Shown one piece after another: positions 24,731 through 36,256 of a stretch of 64,000 nucleotides of DNA (positions are counted from its first letter, which is position 1; each line of letters starts with the position of its first letter). The notes beneath the pieces were generated by a model. The model had not been told where the DNA came from and ran no database searches. It worked only from the letters and a program-made list of their open reading frames with translations. This stretch comes from Mantamonas sphyraenae STR306 (Eukaryota; Protista; CRuMs): NCBI GenBank assembly GCA_026936335.1, contig JAPMXV010000036.1, positions 186,001 through 250,000 of the forward strand, given 5' to 3'. The position numbers were made by a program, and so were the translations under genes.

Positions 24731-27700
24731 TCATTTGCTCGCCTCTGGCTCCCCATCCTGCCTTTCCCCATCCTCATCGTCACGCAAATGCTGCACAGCA
24801 GCCTGGAGCATCACAAAGGCGAGGTCATATTCGCCGTTCATGAGGCTCTCGTCGAGAAAGTCTGCGATGAAGTTTGCTTCTGCACAGAGGTGGGGAATTT
24901 GGGCACAGACGATGGCAAAAACAAACACAGGAAAGAGTTCGTCCATGCCACACTCAACACGGTTTGGTTTGCCAGCCCAGTACTCTTCGACACTGTCGGA
25001 GATGCTCGTGAGGCAGCGACGCAGACAGGACAGCTTCTCAAACGGCGTCACACTGGCACACATGGCTCGTAGATCCTCGGTGGCCTTGGCATAGGGCAGC
25101 TGCGCCTCTGTGTTGTTCCATGCGTCGAGTTGAGCCAAGGTGTGCTCCTGCTCGTCGTCCACCAGCCACAGCTGGCGCCCCACTTCCAGCTGAGTCAAGA
25201 GCTGAACCGGGTTCATGTTTCGCTTGCGTGCCAACTGGGCGCGGTAGCGCTTGTCCACGGGCTCGTTGGCGATGCGATACATGGCAAACAGTTGCGGGGA
25301 GACCTGTGGGAAGAGCACCGTCTCCATGACAGAGTAGAAGACGCGTGTGACGAGTTCCTCCTCGCGAACCACGAGCAGTTCTCGCTCGCTCATCTCACGC
25401 ACGTTGCGCAGCAGAAGCCCACAAAGGAGTGCACGTCCTCCACCGCACGCGACATCAGAAACTTGCAGTTGTCCGGGGTCACCCACTCGTAACAGCACAT
25501 GAACACTTGCACAAACTGAAACACAAACGAGCCCAAATGGTGGCTCTTGCTCTGCAACGTCCCAATGAGTTGCTGCCTCAGTGCCGCCTCCTCTTTGGCA
25601 TCTGCTTTCCCCTCTGCACCCTCCTGCTCCTGCGACGTGTCTGTTGTGTCACCTGCAGCCTCAGCAGCAGCAGCTGCTGCTTCCGACGCCCCACTCTCCC
25701 CTTCTGCACTTCCTCCACTGGACGTTCGTCACCCAATGGCGTGTGGATGTCTCCTTTGCCAAATACGTCGTCCCACTTGGTGTGCTCGCGCAGCTGACGA
25801 CGCAGACTGGCGCTGTTGTAGATCGGCTGCCCTTCGGGTTCACGCTCCATCACAAAGTCGTTCTGATCCAGAATGCCCATGTCAAACAGCTCCCTCTCGG
25901 ACCGAGACACATACTCCACAGCCTGCTGTTGCTGCTCCTGTGCGTTGTCGGCACCGGAGGATGATGCCGATGATGCCCCGGCGTCGCCAGCACCTGCACC
26001 TGTGTCCTTCTGCTGCTGTTGCTGCTGCTTTGCATCATCAGTATTGTCATCATTGCCACCTCTGTTGTTGTTGTTGTTGTTGTTGTTGTCGTCGCCTGCG
26101 TCTCCCTCGCTCTGCATGGCTGCCTCCTCTTCGTCCCATTTGCCTGCGCCTATGCCTGCCTCTGCACCGGCCATGGCTGCCTTGCTGCTTCCACTTTGGT
26201 CGCTGCTGCGACTGGCCGCCACTGCTTGCAGTGCGCGCAGTTGGTCCTTGGCGTCCATGGGTCGCATCGACGCAGGCAACGGCGAGGGTCCTGTGTGTCC
26301 TCCTCGTGACGAGGACGAGGACGACGATGAGCCGGTGCCATCTGTTCCTGTGCCATCCTGGCTCATGCCACGGCGCAGGAAACCGACGGATTTGAGCCAG
26401 GAGTTGACTTTGTGTGCCTGCTTGCCCTTGGCCACTCCATGGGGAAGCAGCTGGGCACTGGTGATGGTCAACCCGTCCTCGTAGCTGCCATGGAAGATGC
26501 CTTGCATCGTCATCCCGTTGCTGAAGCTGCAGATGCCACGTCCTGCGTGCTGGCCCTTGGCAAACTCGCAGCGGAAATGGCTGCCGTCCGCGTACGTTTG
26601 CATGCCCAGGCCGTGTTTCAGGTCGCCCTCCCAGTGGCCGTCGTACACGTTTCCATGCCGATCCAGAAAGAGACCTCTGCCCGCGCGTGCATGGCGCACC
26701 CAGTAGCCCATGTACAGAAACACGCAACCCGTGCGTTCACGCATATCCTCGCTGCTGGCAAACTGTTTGAACACACCCCATCCGTGGCGGTCGTCCAGTT
26801 TCCACCAGCCCACATAGCGAGCCCCCTTGCTGAAGAGGGCCACGCCCCAGCCCGAACGACATCCGTTGCTCCATCCGCCTGCGTACGAATCGCCGTTGGC
26901 GTTCAGGTGTGTGCCCCATCCGTGTGGCTTGCCGTTCACCCACTCGCCCTTGTACGTTTCGTGCGTGCTGGTGTTGCTTGCGGTGCCGTACCCGCTCTGC
27001 TTGTGTTCCTGCCAGTCGCCCTGGTACACCACGCCGTCTGCAAAGCGCATCTCACCCACCCCTTGCATCAACCCGTCCCTCCACTCGCCCTTGTACGTCG
27101 CCTCTGCGTACAGTACATGGTTGCTGTACACATGGCTTGCCTGTCGCTCGCTCAGCATGCTCAAGCCCCCGTTGCTCTCCTCCGTGGCGGCCCATGCCTC
27201 GTCGCTCACTTCTCCCAACCCCAATGCGCTGGCCACAGCCTGGCTGATGATGCGATACCATCGTTTCTGACCCTCCGCACTTCCACAATCCACCACCAAC
27301 ATGTACTCGGGTGACTGCAGCATAAGCCCGTGCTCGATGCCAACCTCGTTGTGTGGCCACACCCACACCGTGGCCAATGGCAATTCGGTGTGCAGCACCA
27401 ACGTGGTCGATCGGTCGCCGTTGCTTCCGGACAGACTGCTGCTCACAGAGGAGGATGAGGAGTCAGCGGAGGACGAGGCAATGGATCCCGCGGCGTCCAC
27501 CGTCTTGACACTCTTGACGACGAGCAGGACGTCGTTCATGACCACGAGGTGGTAGATGCGTTTGTTGGACTTGCTGCTAAACAGGAGCGAGGCCATGGAT
27601 TCGAGAAAGTCGCTTTGGCTGTTGAGATACGCCCTGTTTTGGAACGGGTGCCCGTACACGTCCTCGTCCCGGTAGCGTGCGTTGGGTGCACTCTCCACCT

Positions 27701-30283
27701 CCTCGTCCGCGGCTCCGCTGATCACCAACCGTCGCGTGGGCGTAATCATATCGGATAGCTTGGGATTTGTCAGCCAGAATTTGCGTGTGCGTTTGGCATC
27801 GCGCAGCATGCTGTTCATCGGTGCGCTCACATCCACAATCCGATCTGCCAGCCGCTGCAGCTGTGCATGCACAGGCCCAGGAATGATCACACGGCGCCTT
27901 TGCTCCTCGTCCTGCCCTGCACCGTCTGTTTGTTGTTGTCCCTGTTTGCCACTGCTACTGCTACTGTTGTTGTTGCTGCTGTCGTCTTTGTTGTCTCCAC
28001 GAGTGCAATCAATCAGTGCCTGCACCAGCAGCGTGAGCTGGTTGAATCTGTCCAGAGTCACCTGGAACAGTGAACGCGGTTCCATGTTTTCGCAGCCCGG
28101 CTTCTGGCGACAGGCGTCGAGGAAGGAGAGGAAGGCGTCGCTCTGGAGACACTTGTTGAGGGCACACGCAGCCACAGTGTCTGCATAGTTGCGGATGTAC
28201 GCATCAAACAGGGGCAGTGCCACACGCACATAATCGGCCACAAAGGTGATGACGTGGTCCAACCTTTGCAACCGGCTCATGGTGAGGTAGGCCAGCCTGG
28301 ATTGGGCGAAAATGCGATGGCAATTGCCCGTGAGGTGGGCGAGCAGATCCGGGGCAATCACTGGCTGGCCCTGCGATTCGGCCACCAACATGGGATTCAA
28401 CAATGAACGCACGAGCATGCTCATCATCTTGTTGAAGAGTCGATACTCGGCCAAGGCCGTATGGATGGCCTGTCCGGCGGCGGTGGGACGTCGACAGCGC
28501 TCGAGAGCCACAGTGAGATTGCCTCCTGTAAAGACTTGCTCGATGTGTCTGCTGCTCACGTCCGATTCGTCGCCAAAGGGCCGTTTGATGAGCGTGACGT
28601 CGGCTTCGTTGCGTTGGGAGTCGACGAGCAGTTGGGATTCGCTGTTGCGACCAAAGCCAAGGAGCAAGGGGGGATTGGCAGGGTTGACGACGTCTGCAAG
28701 GAGCATGGTGTGCTGTGCACCACACGTGATGTGTCGCACATTGAGGGCGACGAGAGATTTGACGAGGGTGGGCATGGTCACACGCGGGGTGCCCATGAGT
28801 TCCTGTCCCAAGCCCAATTGTCCGCATCCGTTGTTGCCCCACGCGTACACATCGCCAGTGATGGTCAACGCCATCGAATGATTGTGTCCACACGCCACCC
28901 TGTCCACGTCCTTGTCCGAGAGCAGCTCCACACGCGTGGGCACAAAAGCATCGCTGCTGTCGCCGTGGCCCAGCTGCCCAAACGCCCCGTGGCCCCACGA
29001 GTACACATGCAACATGTCTGTGCCCTGTTCGTCCATGTGAGCGCACAGTGCCACACAATGGTGTGCACCACACGCAAGGTCCAACACACGGGTGTTGGAT
29101 GGCAGCTGCACCTTGGTCGCCTCTCCACTGCATCCGCCTGCGTTTCCGTACCTTGACGCCGTCTCTTCCTTGCTACACACACCCAGCTGGCCACGCGACG
29201 CTGCTCCACATGCCAACACATCGCCTTGGCTGGTGAGCAGATAGGTGGTGAGCAGACCCGCAGCCACACGCGTGACACACACACCGGCCTCCACGCTAGC
29301 CATGAGCGTGGGGCTGTCCACACTCTCGCTGCATCCTCCCATGCCCAATTGGCCGTGTTTGTTGATGCCCCATGCGTACACGTTGCCCTCCTGGGTGACC
29401 ACTACGCTGTGGTACAGTCCCACCGCCACCTGGATCACTCGTCCGCCCTCTCCCTCGCTTGCGTCCTCGGAGTCCGACAAGGACGACGATGAGGATTGGC
29501 CCTGCTGTGACCTGGGCAAACGCACACGGTGCACACCCACGGTATGGTCACCCTCTTTGCCTGTGTCGTTCGGTTCCCCTCCGAGCAGCCACGTTTGCTT
29601 CAATCCCACCGCGAATAGCTCACCGTTCTCTGTGCGGTTGTTCGCCGTGTTAGCGGACGCGTGCTGAGCCACTGCACACACACACACACTCTCTCTCACA
29701 CACACACATGCACGCATCAACTTCCAGACACCTTTTGAAATTGAAGCGCTGACTGTGCGTGGAGAAACTTACCCAGCAAGACCAACGAATGAACAGCGCC
29801 AAGAGCGATCTGCCGCACGTCGTGGCCCTCGCACACGCGGAGGATGGCTTCGCGAAGCTGTGCTTGGTTGTTGTTCAGCTCGGATGACAGGCTGCTAATC
29901 TCGGCCCGTTGTGTGTCCTCACTCTTGTCCAGCGCCATGGGGGAGCCTGCGATTGCTTTCAAGCCCTCTTCCCTGTCCTGGGTCTCGCTGGCGTACGTTG
30001 TGCTCCAACGCAACTGCGCCGCCTCGCTGTACCCATCCACCGTTTCGGCGAGGGTGTTGTCTGCCGCCTGCCACGCTGCCGTGTACTGGTCCTGCATGTC
30101 AGCCAGAGCCGAGGCGTCAGCAGAGACTTGGCCTGCTCGGCTCCACTGCAGCTCACACACCAGCTGCCGACGTGCAAGCTCCACCGCACTCGGTTTGGGT
30201 TGGTACTCCGCCAGTAGTCGTTGGTATTCGGCGTCGGACGGATCCACCTGCACTGCACCGTCGCTACCGCTGCTGCTACTCAT
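24731..30283 (-). CDS. ALS2: Alsin (ALS2)-like: RCC1 repeats, DH/PH, MORN repeats, VPS9 Rab5-GEF domain
   Basis: Starts MSSSSGSD at 30283, with an intron from GTAAG ~29772 to ~29665. RCC1 repeats (VAVGLYHS..WGINKHGQLG), DH/PH-like region, MORN repeats (YKGEWRDGLMQGVG) and VPS9 (TPFEKLSCL..GMDELFPVFVF..GEYDLAFVMLQAA). Two -1 breaks at ~25700 and ~25414. Confidence 0.85.
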
Positions 30284-30419
30284 GTCGGGTCGGGGCCAAA
30301 AAGTGGGTTTTTGTTGGGTGAGATGGATCGATGCATGTGCACAGACACACAACTCCCATTTCAAATTGACAATGACAACAGAATGGACACTGAATGACAA
30401 ACAGGAATTCCAATCAGAA

Positions 30420-31293
30420 TCAGCGTCGGTTGTTGTTGCGTCGTCGGTTGCGTCGGTTGTTGCCGTTGGTGGTGCCAAAGGTCTCCACATCGACCTTGGG
30501 GTCGCGATACTTGTCCTTGTCCTTGCCACCAGCACCGCCACGTCCACCACGTCCACCGTGTCCTCCACCGCCGCCGCGTTCCCGCTGCTTCTTGCGATCC
30601 AACGCGTCCGAAGAGATCTTGTCAAAGAACCCGTCGTCGTCATCGTTGTCGTCGTCGTCGTAGCTGTCCTCCTCCACCGTGTTGGACTGCTGCTTCACCT
30701 TTTCCAGCTCCTTGGCAATCTCGTCCATGTTCAGCTCGTGGGCACCCGACGAAAAGTCAAAGTCCGTTTGCAGATCCTTGTTGAGCTGCTCCTCGTACTT
30801 GGCCCTGCGTGCCTCGGCTTCAGCTTGGCGCTGGCGCTGTGCCTGTGCCTGCGACGCGTTGTTGCTACCGCCGTTGCTGCCGTTGCTGCCGTTGCTAGCA
30901 TGCGATGACCTGCGGTGGTTGTTGTTCCCATGGCTGTTGTTGCTGTTGTTGTTGTTGTTGCGCCTTCCCTGGCGTCCCTGGGTGTTGTGCTGCTGCTGAT
31001 GATGACGCTGCTGCTGCTGTCCCTGGTTGTTGCTGTTGTTGTTGCCAACACGACGATGCTGCTGTTGCTGCTGCGTCGTGCCTCCTTGCCTTCCACCTCC
31101 GTTGTTCCTGTTGTTGCTTCCACGTTGCTGCACCTGGTTGCGCTGCTGGTTCTGGCCCTGGTTCTGCTTCTGCTGCTGCTGCTGCTGCTGCTGGTTCCTC
31201 TCCACACGCGGCTGCTCCTTCGTCTCGATGCCCTGCGATGCCACCTGCGACCACGACGACGGCTTGCTTCGGACCTTGCTGCCACCTCCGCTC

Positions 31294-31328
<35 letters not shown>

Positions 31329-32497
31329 ATTGCTGTTGCTGTTGCTCTCCTTGCGCTGAACCTGCTGCTTTTGTTGCACCTGCTGCTTCTGCTGCACCTG
31401 CTGCTTGGGTTGGTACTGCTGCTGCTGCTGCTGCTGCTGCTGCACTTGTTGCTGCTGTTGCTGCGGCTGCACCTGTTGTTGCTGCACATACTGTTGCTGG
31501 TACCGCGGCTGCTGCTGTTGCTGCCCCAAGTACTGTTGCTGTGCATACTGCTGCTGTGCATACTGCTGCTGCTGCTGCAGGTACGGGTTGTACATGGTGT
31601 TCTGCTGATAATAACCATACGTATTGTCCTGCTGCTGCGTCTGCTGCTTCTGCTGCGTTTGCTGAGTCTGCTGCACCTGCTGCTGCTGCGTCTCCTGCAC
31701 CTGCTGCGTCTCCTGCTTCTCCTGCGTATGTGTTTACCGTCCCATTCCACCATACCGCGTGTCAGCTTCGCCTCCCCTCACCCTGCGCTCCGCCCCGCTC
31801 GTGAATGCGCTTTTCCCTCCCGCAGCCATTCCGTCCGCCTGCCTCCCCAACGGCCTTCAGTGCCACTTACCGACGACTGCGACACGTGCAGATCCGCAAT
31901 GTCCGCTGCAGAAAAGATCAGAAAATTGTACAGGTCATCCGAGGGCGGGATGAACGTCCCGTCCACCGCGCGGTCTTCTGTGCCGAAACATTTCACTGCA
32001 CCACACGCCACACACACCATTCACAGAGCCCATACCGCGCAAACACGCATCGCACCACAATGTGCATCCACATGTGCGTATCCACGACATCCCATTCCAC
32101 CCTGTGTCAGCGTACACGCACGTGCAAAAGGTCCTCCTCTGCGCGCCCAAAATCTCCCCTCGCCTGCCTGTGCTTCACACTCACCGTTCGACAGGATCAC
32201 GCTCGATTCCTGCGTGTTGATGCTGTAAAGCGTTCCCTCGTATCTGAGATTCGACTTGCTGATGATGCTGTGGTGCGTGTGCGTGTGTTGTGTGTGTGTG
32301 TGTGTGTACCCGTGTTGCAACAAACCCAGCACCATTTTCACCGGCCGATTTCGCTCACGACGTCAGCAGCAGGCCCTTCAGAACGCGTGCGTCCACGTCT
32401 TCCCTTGCTGCAGCACCCACCACCCCCCACACCTCGTGCCAACCTCGCCCGTCTGCACATACCTCACTGCACTCCCAATGTATGGAATGGCCGACAT
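30420..32497 (-). CDS. LSM14: LSM14/Scd6/RAP55 P-body protein
   Basis: Exons 32497-32463, 32267-32185, 31995-31871 and 31721-30420 give [62 protein letters not shown]. C-terminal FDF, FFD and TFG boxes and RGG motifs; Q/N-rich middle. Confidence 0.92.
31292..31690. repeat. (GCTGTT)n hexamer repeat and polyQ-encoding CTG/TTG tracts in LSM14
   Basis: Encodes (SN)n and long Q runs on the minus strand. Confidence 0.8.
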
Positions 32498-32784
32498 GAC
32501 TGCGTCTGGTTGCAGGCGTCGGCGCGATGCATCCCTCGAACCAGCATCCCATGCGGTCGTGGTCATTCTGAAGCATCCCCATCGTCCCATGCTTTCATGC
32601 CACTTCTGCGTCTCCCATTGCACATGCCATTGGTGGATCATGGCATGCGCCGACGCATGCAGCGTCGACGCTTGGGGGGCCCTCCGTCCATCACACCCCA
32701 CCCAACCCCCCCCACACACCACCGAAACGCACTCAGCCCGTCACCATCCTCTCTCCCAACACCTCGTCGTTCACCCACTCTTGG

Positions 32785-33690
32785 ATGCCCGTGTTTGTCA
32801 TTCCCGACGGCTCGCACCTGGGCAACATGTGGAGTGTGGAGTACCGGCAACGGCACCTGCGTTTGCTGGCACTCCACCTGGGCGTTGTCCTCGCCGTCAT
32901 GGTGGCCGTCATCTGGGTCCCCTCCACCCATGTGGACGAACCACTGCTTCTCCACCGCATCCACTGGGGCAAACTCATCCTGTGGACCGTCTCCTGCCTG
33001 GTGGCCTACCACTACGTGGCGGTTGCCACGCACCGCCGTCCTGCCTGGTCGCTGCGTGGCCGTCACGGCGACTTTGTGGACCTGGCCAAGCTTGTGTGCC
33101 TGTGGCTACCGCTGACCTTTGTGCTGAACACCCAATTCACCCTGGCCTCGCTGGACGACCAACCGCTGCCCGTGGTCCTTCCCAACCTGCCCCAACGCAC
33201 CGCCGACCTGGCCATGACCCAATGGTGGGAGGTGGCCCTGTACAACACAGGCTTCCTCCTTTCTTACTTCTTTGCCCTCCACTTCTACTTCCTCGACTAC
33301 ATCCCTGTGCTGCACCAGCTGGGCAACAACGTCGTCTCCGTCCACAAGTGGCATCGCATGACCCGCAGCCAAGTCACCGCCCTCGTGCTCATTGTTGCCT
33401 TCATTCTCCTCGTCTCTGCCTACCAGATGTACCTCATGGCCATTGTGGGCATCCTCTTCTGGTACCTGGGCGGACTGTTTGCCTACCTGATCCTCCTCGG
33501 CCTCTTTGGCTTCCTCCTGCGTCACACCCACTATGTCCACGCACACCACTGGTTCATTTTCACCATCCTTGCCTGCTGCGTGCGTTTCGTCCATCCATCC
33601 AGCGCTGCTGCCGGCGGCGCCGCGTTGGGCATTGCCATGGAGGGCATCAGCACCTGGGGATTTGGCATTGTCTTTAAGCGTCGCCACTGA
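32785..33690 (+). CDS. Multi-pass membrane protein with HxHH motif, unknown function
   Basis: 301 aa with about 7-8 hydrophobic helices and strong C-ending codon bias. Motif HYVHAHHW..G.ALG..EGISTWG. Confidence 0.75.
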   Translation: MPVFVIPDGSHLGNMWSVEYRQRHLRLLALHLGVVLAVMVAVIWVPSTHVDEPLLLHRIHWGKLILWTVSCLVAYHYVAVATHRRPAWSLRGRHGDFVDLAKLVCLWLPLTFVLNTQFTLASLDDQPLPVVLPNLPQRTADLAMTQWWEVALYNTGFLLSYFFALHFYFLDYIPVLHQLGNNVVSVHKWHRMTRSQVTALVLIVAFILLVSAYQMYLMAIVGILFWYLGGLFAYLILLGLFGFLLRHTHYVHAHHWFIFTILACCVRFVHPSSAAAGGAALGIAMEGISTWGFGIVFKRRH

Positions 33691-35110
33691 GCTGCGCCAT
33701 CATCTGTTGCAACCTCAATTGGGTGCTTGCGCCCGTGTGTTGCGGTTTCAGGTGCAGGCAGTGCGCCAGTTGCAACTGTGCGCCTGTGTTGTCCCCCAAC
33801 GAGGCGAGGCACACACCGTAGCGATAGTAGGCCTCTGCACGCTGGCGGCATCCCCATGCAAGCACCACCCTGTACAATAGACTCGCACTTGCGTATGCTT
33901 GCCTCTCAAACTGTGCGGCTGCCAGATGCCATGCGCAATGGCTCAGTGCGCTGTCGTTGTCGTTGTCGTCGCCTTCTTCTTCTTCCCGCTCCACCACACT
34001 CTCGTCAAACTCGTCCGACTCCTCAAACATGCTCACGTGCAATTGGGACACCAGTTCATCCAGCCCCAACGCCTCCACCGTGTCCAGCGTGTCGGTGGCC
34101 CACGTGCTGGATTGCAACGCCGGATGTTCACGCACGTAGTCCACGCCACACAGCAGCACCAGCAGAGCCACCGACCACCAAAACTCACGCTGCACCGATG
34201 CCTCACCCATTGCCTCCTCGTCCCGTTCCTCCTTCTCCTTTTGTTCCTCGAGCACCCGTTCGTATGCTTCCGCCGCCGACGTGCACGCAAAGGCCATCTC
34301 CTCCACACTGATGTCATCCTTGTTCCCAGCAGCAGCAGCAGCCGCGTCGGCGTCGGCGTCGCTGTCGCTGTCGCCTCCTGGGCTGCTGCTGTTGCTGCTG
34401 CTGCTGTTGCTGCTGTTGCTGCTGCTCTTAACAGCCGCATGGACTGCCTGTGCGTGGAGAGAGGCCACGTGTGCGTGGTGGGTGCTGCCGGACTGGTGGA
34501 GAGCGTGGGCAAACTGGTGCAACAGGGAAAAGTCCTGCTCGTGCGCCTCCGATGCCTCCACACACGCCGCATACCACTTGACCGCCTCATCGAGGTTGCC
34601 CAGGCCATGGTGCACTGCAGCCAGGTTGTATAACACCGTGGGATGGCTTGGCGCACGTTCTTCGGCCTGCTTGAGCATGGTCAGCGCAGCCTCTGCCTGG
34701 CCGCAGCTCATCAGCACCACACCCGAATTGTAGAATGCCAAATAGTCGTCTGGCTGGGCCACAATCACTTTGGCATACCATTGCAATGCCTCCTGACTCA
34801 TGCCAAACGATTGGCACACTTCGGCAAGCAGACGTTGTGCACGCACACTCGGCTCGCCCTCTGCCCCGTCCACTGCCGCACGCAGGATTTCCAACGCCTT
34901 TGCCCCTTTGCCCCTGGCCATGTGCTCCACACTCAGGTCGATCATTTCTTGCTCACTCAACCCTTCCAGGTGCACGGGGTCGTCGTCTTTGTTGTTGTGG
35001 GTGTCTGTGTCTTGCTGCTGCTGCTTCTGCTTCTGCTGCTCATCACCCATACCCTTCTCCTCCTCCTCTGGTGTCCTCTCTGCTTCGTTGTCTCCGCTGC
35101 TGTTGCTCAT
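33674..35110 (-). CDS. TPR-repeat protein
   Basis: AFYNSGVVLMSCGQAEAALTML; VLYNLAAVHHGLGNLDEAVKWY; AYYRYGVCLASLGDNTGA. Likely ATG at 35110. Confidence 0.8.
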   Translation of the reverse strand: MSNSSGDNEAERTPEEEEKGMGDEQQKQKQQQQDTDTHNNKDDDPVHLEGLSEQEMIDLSVEHMARGKGAKALEILRAAVDGAEGEPSVRAQRLLAEVCQSFGMSQEALQWYAKVIVAQPDDYLAFYNSGVVLMSCGQAEAALTMLKQAEERAPSHPTVLYNLAAVHHGLGNLDEAVKWYAACVEASEAHEQDFSLLHQFAHALHQSGSTHHAHVASLHAQAVHAAVKSSSNSSNSSSSNSSSPGGDSDSDADADAAAAAAGNKDDISVEEMAFACTSAAEAYERVLEEQKEKEERDEEAMGEASVQREFWWSVALLVLLCGVDYVREHPALQSSTWATDTLDTVEALGLDELVSQLHVSMFEESDEFDESVVEREEEEGDDNDNDSALSHCAWHLAAAQFERQAYASASLLYRVVLAWGCRQRAEAYYRYGVCLASLGDNTGAQLQLAHCLHLKPQHTGASTQLRLQQMMAQLSGDA

Positions 35111-35170
35111 GGATGGCTTGTGCGAGAGGTTGTGCAACACTGCGCGGTGGGGCAGCCAACCAGTTTTTTG

Positions 35171-36166
35171 ATGTTTGCTCGCCTGCGCACAAGCCGCACT
35201 GTGCTCCTGTGCTCCGTCAACGCACCCACCAAACCTCCCACAGTTGCTGTTGTCTCACGTGGCATTCGTACAGCCACGACTGTCGGCAGCAGCAGCGGTG
35301 GCCGCAGAAGCGTCAGCACGCTGCTCCTCTCCTCCCTCCCTTCTGCGCCCGTTTGCTCAACCACCACCCTGCACCGTGGCCACATGGCCTCGCAACGCCT
35401 CACTGCCGCCATTGTGCACCGTTGCTACGCAAAAAAGAGCAAAAAGGGCGGCAAGAAGGGTAAAAAGGGCGGCAAGGGCGCAGCTGGAGCGGCAGCAGCG
35501 GAGGCGGAGGACAACGGCGTCGACGCGGCCGAGACAGAGGACGAAATGTCTTTTGCGGAACTCGACGAGGCTCTGGATGCACACGAGAGCCAGGAGGAGG
35601 AGAGTGAAGCAGGGTACGACGCAGGCGTGGTGCAGGAGCAGATGCAACGCACGACGGACTACCTGCAGCGGGTCCTTGCAGGCATGCGCACGGGAAGAGC
35701 GTCTGCAGGCATGCTGGACGGCGTCACAGTGTCGGTCAAGGCGTACGGGAGCGAAGGCCCATTGGTGCAGTTTGCACAAGTCAGCGCCAACGAACCCACC
35801 CAGCTCACCGTCAACGCGTTTGATCCAAACACTGTGGACGACATCGCCGCGGCCATCCGATCCGCCAATCTCGGACTCAACCCACAGCCTGCACAGGGCT
35901 CCATCCTGCGCGTACCCATTCCTCGCATGACCAGCGAGCAGCGTGCCAAACTGGCCAAGGTCTGCGGCGAACGCGGCGAAGAAGCAAAGATCCGCCTCCG
36001 TCGCATCCGCCAGCGCGCCCTCAAACTGCTTGCAAAGGACAAGAGCAGCCGCAGTGAGGACGACATCCATCGGGATGAGAAACAGGTGCAGGAGATCATC
36101 GATGGTTTTGTGCAGCAGGTGGATGCTGCTGTCAAGGCCAAGCAGGACGAGATCCTGGATGTGTGA
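35171..36166 (+). CDS. MRRF: Mitochondrial ribosome recycling factor
   Basis: MRTGRASAGMLD..AYG..L..AQVS..IRSANLGLNP..LRVPIPRMTSEQR..EEAKIRLRRIRQ..SEDD. The R/S-rich N-terminus resembles a presequence. Confidence 0.9.
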   Translation: MFARLRTSRTVLLCSVNAPTKPPTVAVVSRGIRTATTVGSSSGGRRSVSTLLLSSLPSAPVCSTTTLHRGHMASQRLTAAIVHRCYAKKSKKGGKKGKKGGKGAAGAAAAEAEDNGVDAAETEDEMSFAELDEALDAHESQEEESEAGYDAGVVQEQMQRTTDYLQRVLAGMRTGRASAGMLDGVTVSVKAYGSEGPLVQFAQVSANEPTQLTVNAFDPNTVDDIAAAIRSANLGLNPQPAQGSILRVPIPRMTSEQRAKLAKVCGERGEEAKIRLRRIRQRALKLLAKDKSSRSEDDIHRDEKQVQEIIDGFVQQVDAAVKAKQDEILDV

Positions 36167-36256
36167 GCATCAATCATTCAGTGTGCACACATGCAATCAA
36201 CTTCATTTTTGTCAGTCATTGTTTTGCCTTTGTGCACCTTCTTCATGTCACGTGTG

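Noticed and set aside
29717-30643. Independent coiled-coil gene abutting Alsin
   Set aside because: It ends in the first half of an RCC1 repeat (IALGAVHSLVL) followed by a GTAAG donor, so it is Alsin exon 1.
30905-31700. Repeat array resembling CRISPR, or poly-Cys/poly-Leu ORFs
   Set aside because: Simple CAG/AAC codon repeats encoding the Q/N-rich region of LSM14; no repeat-spacer structure.
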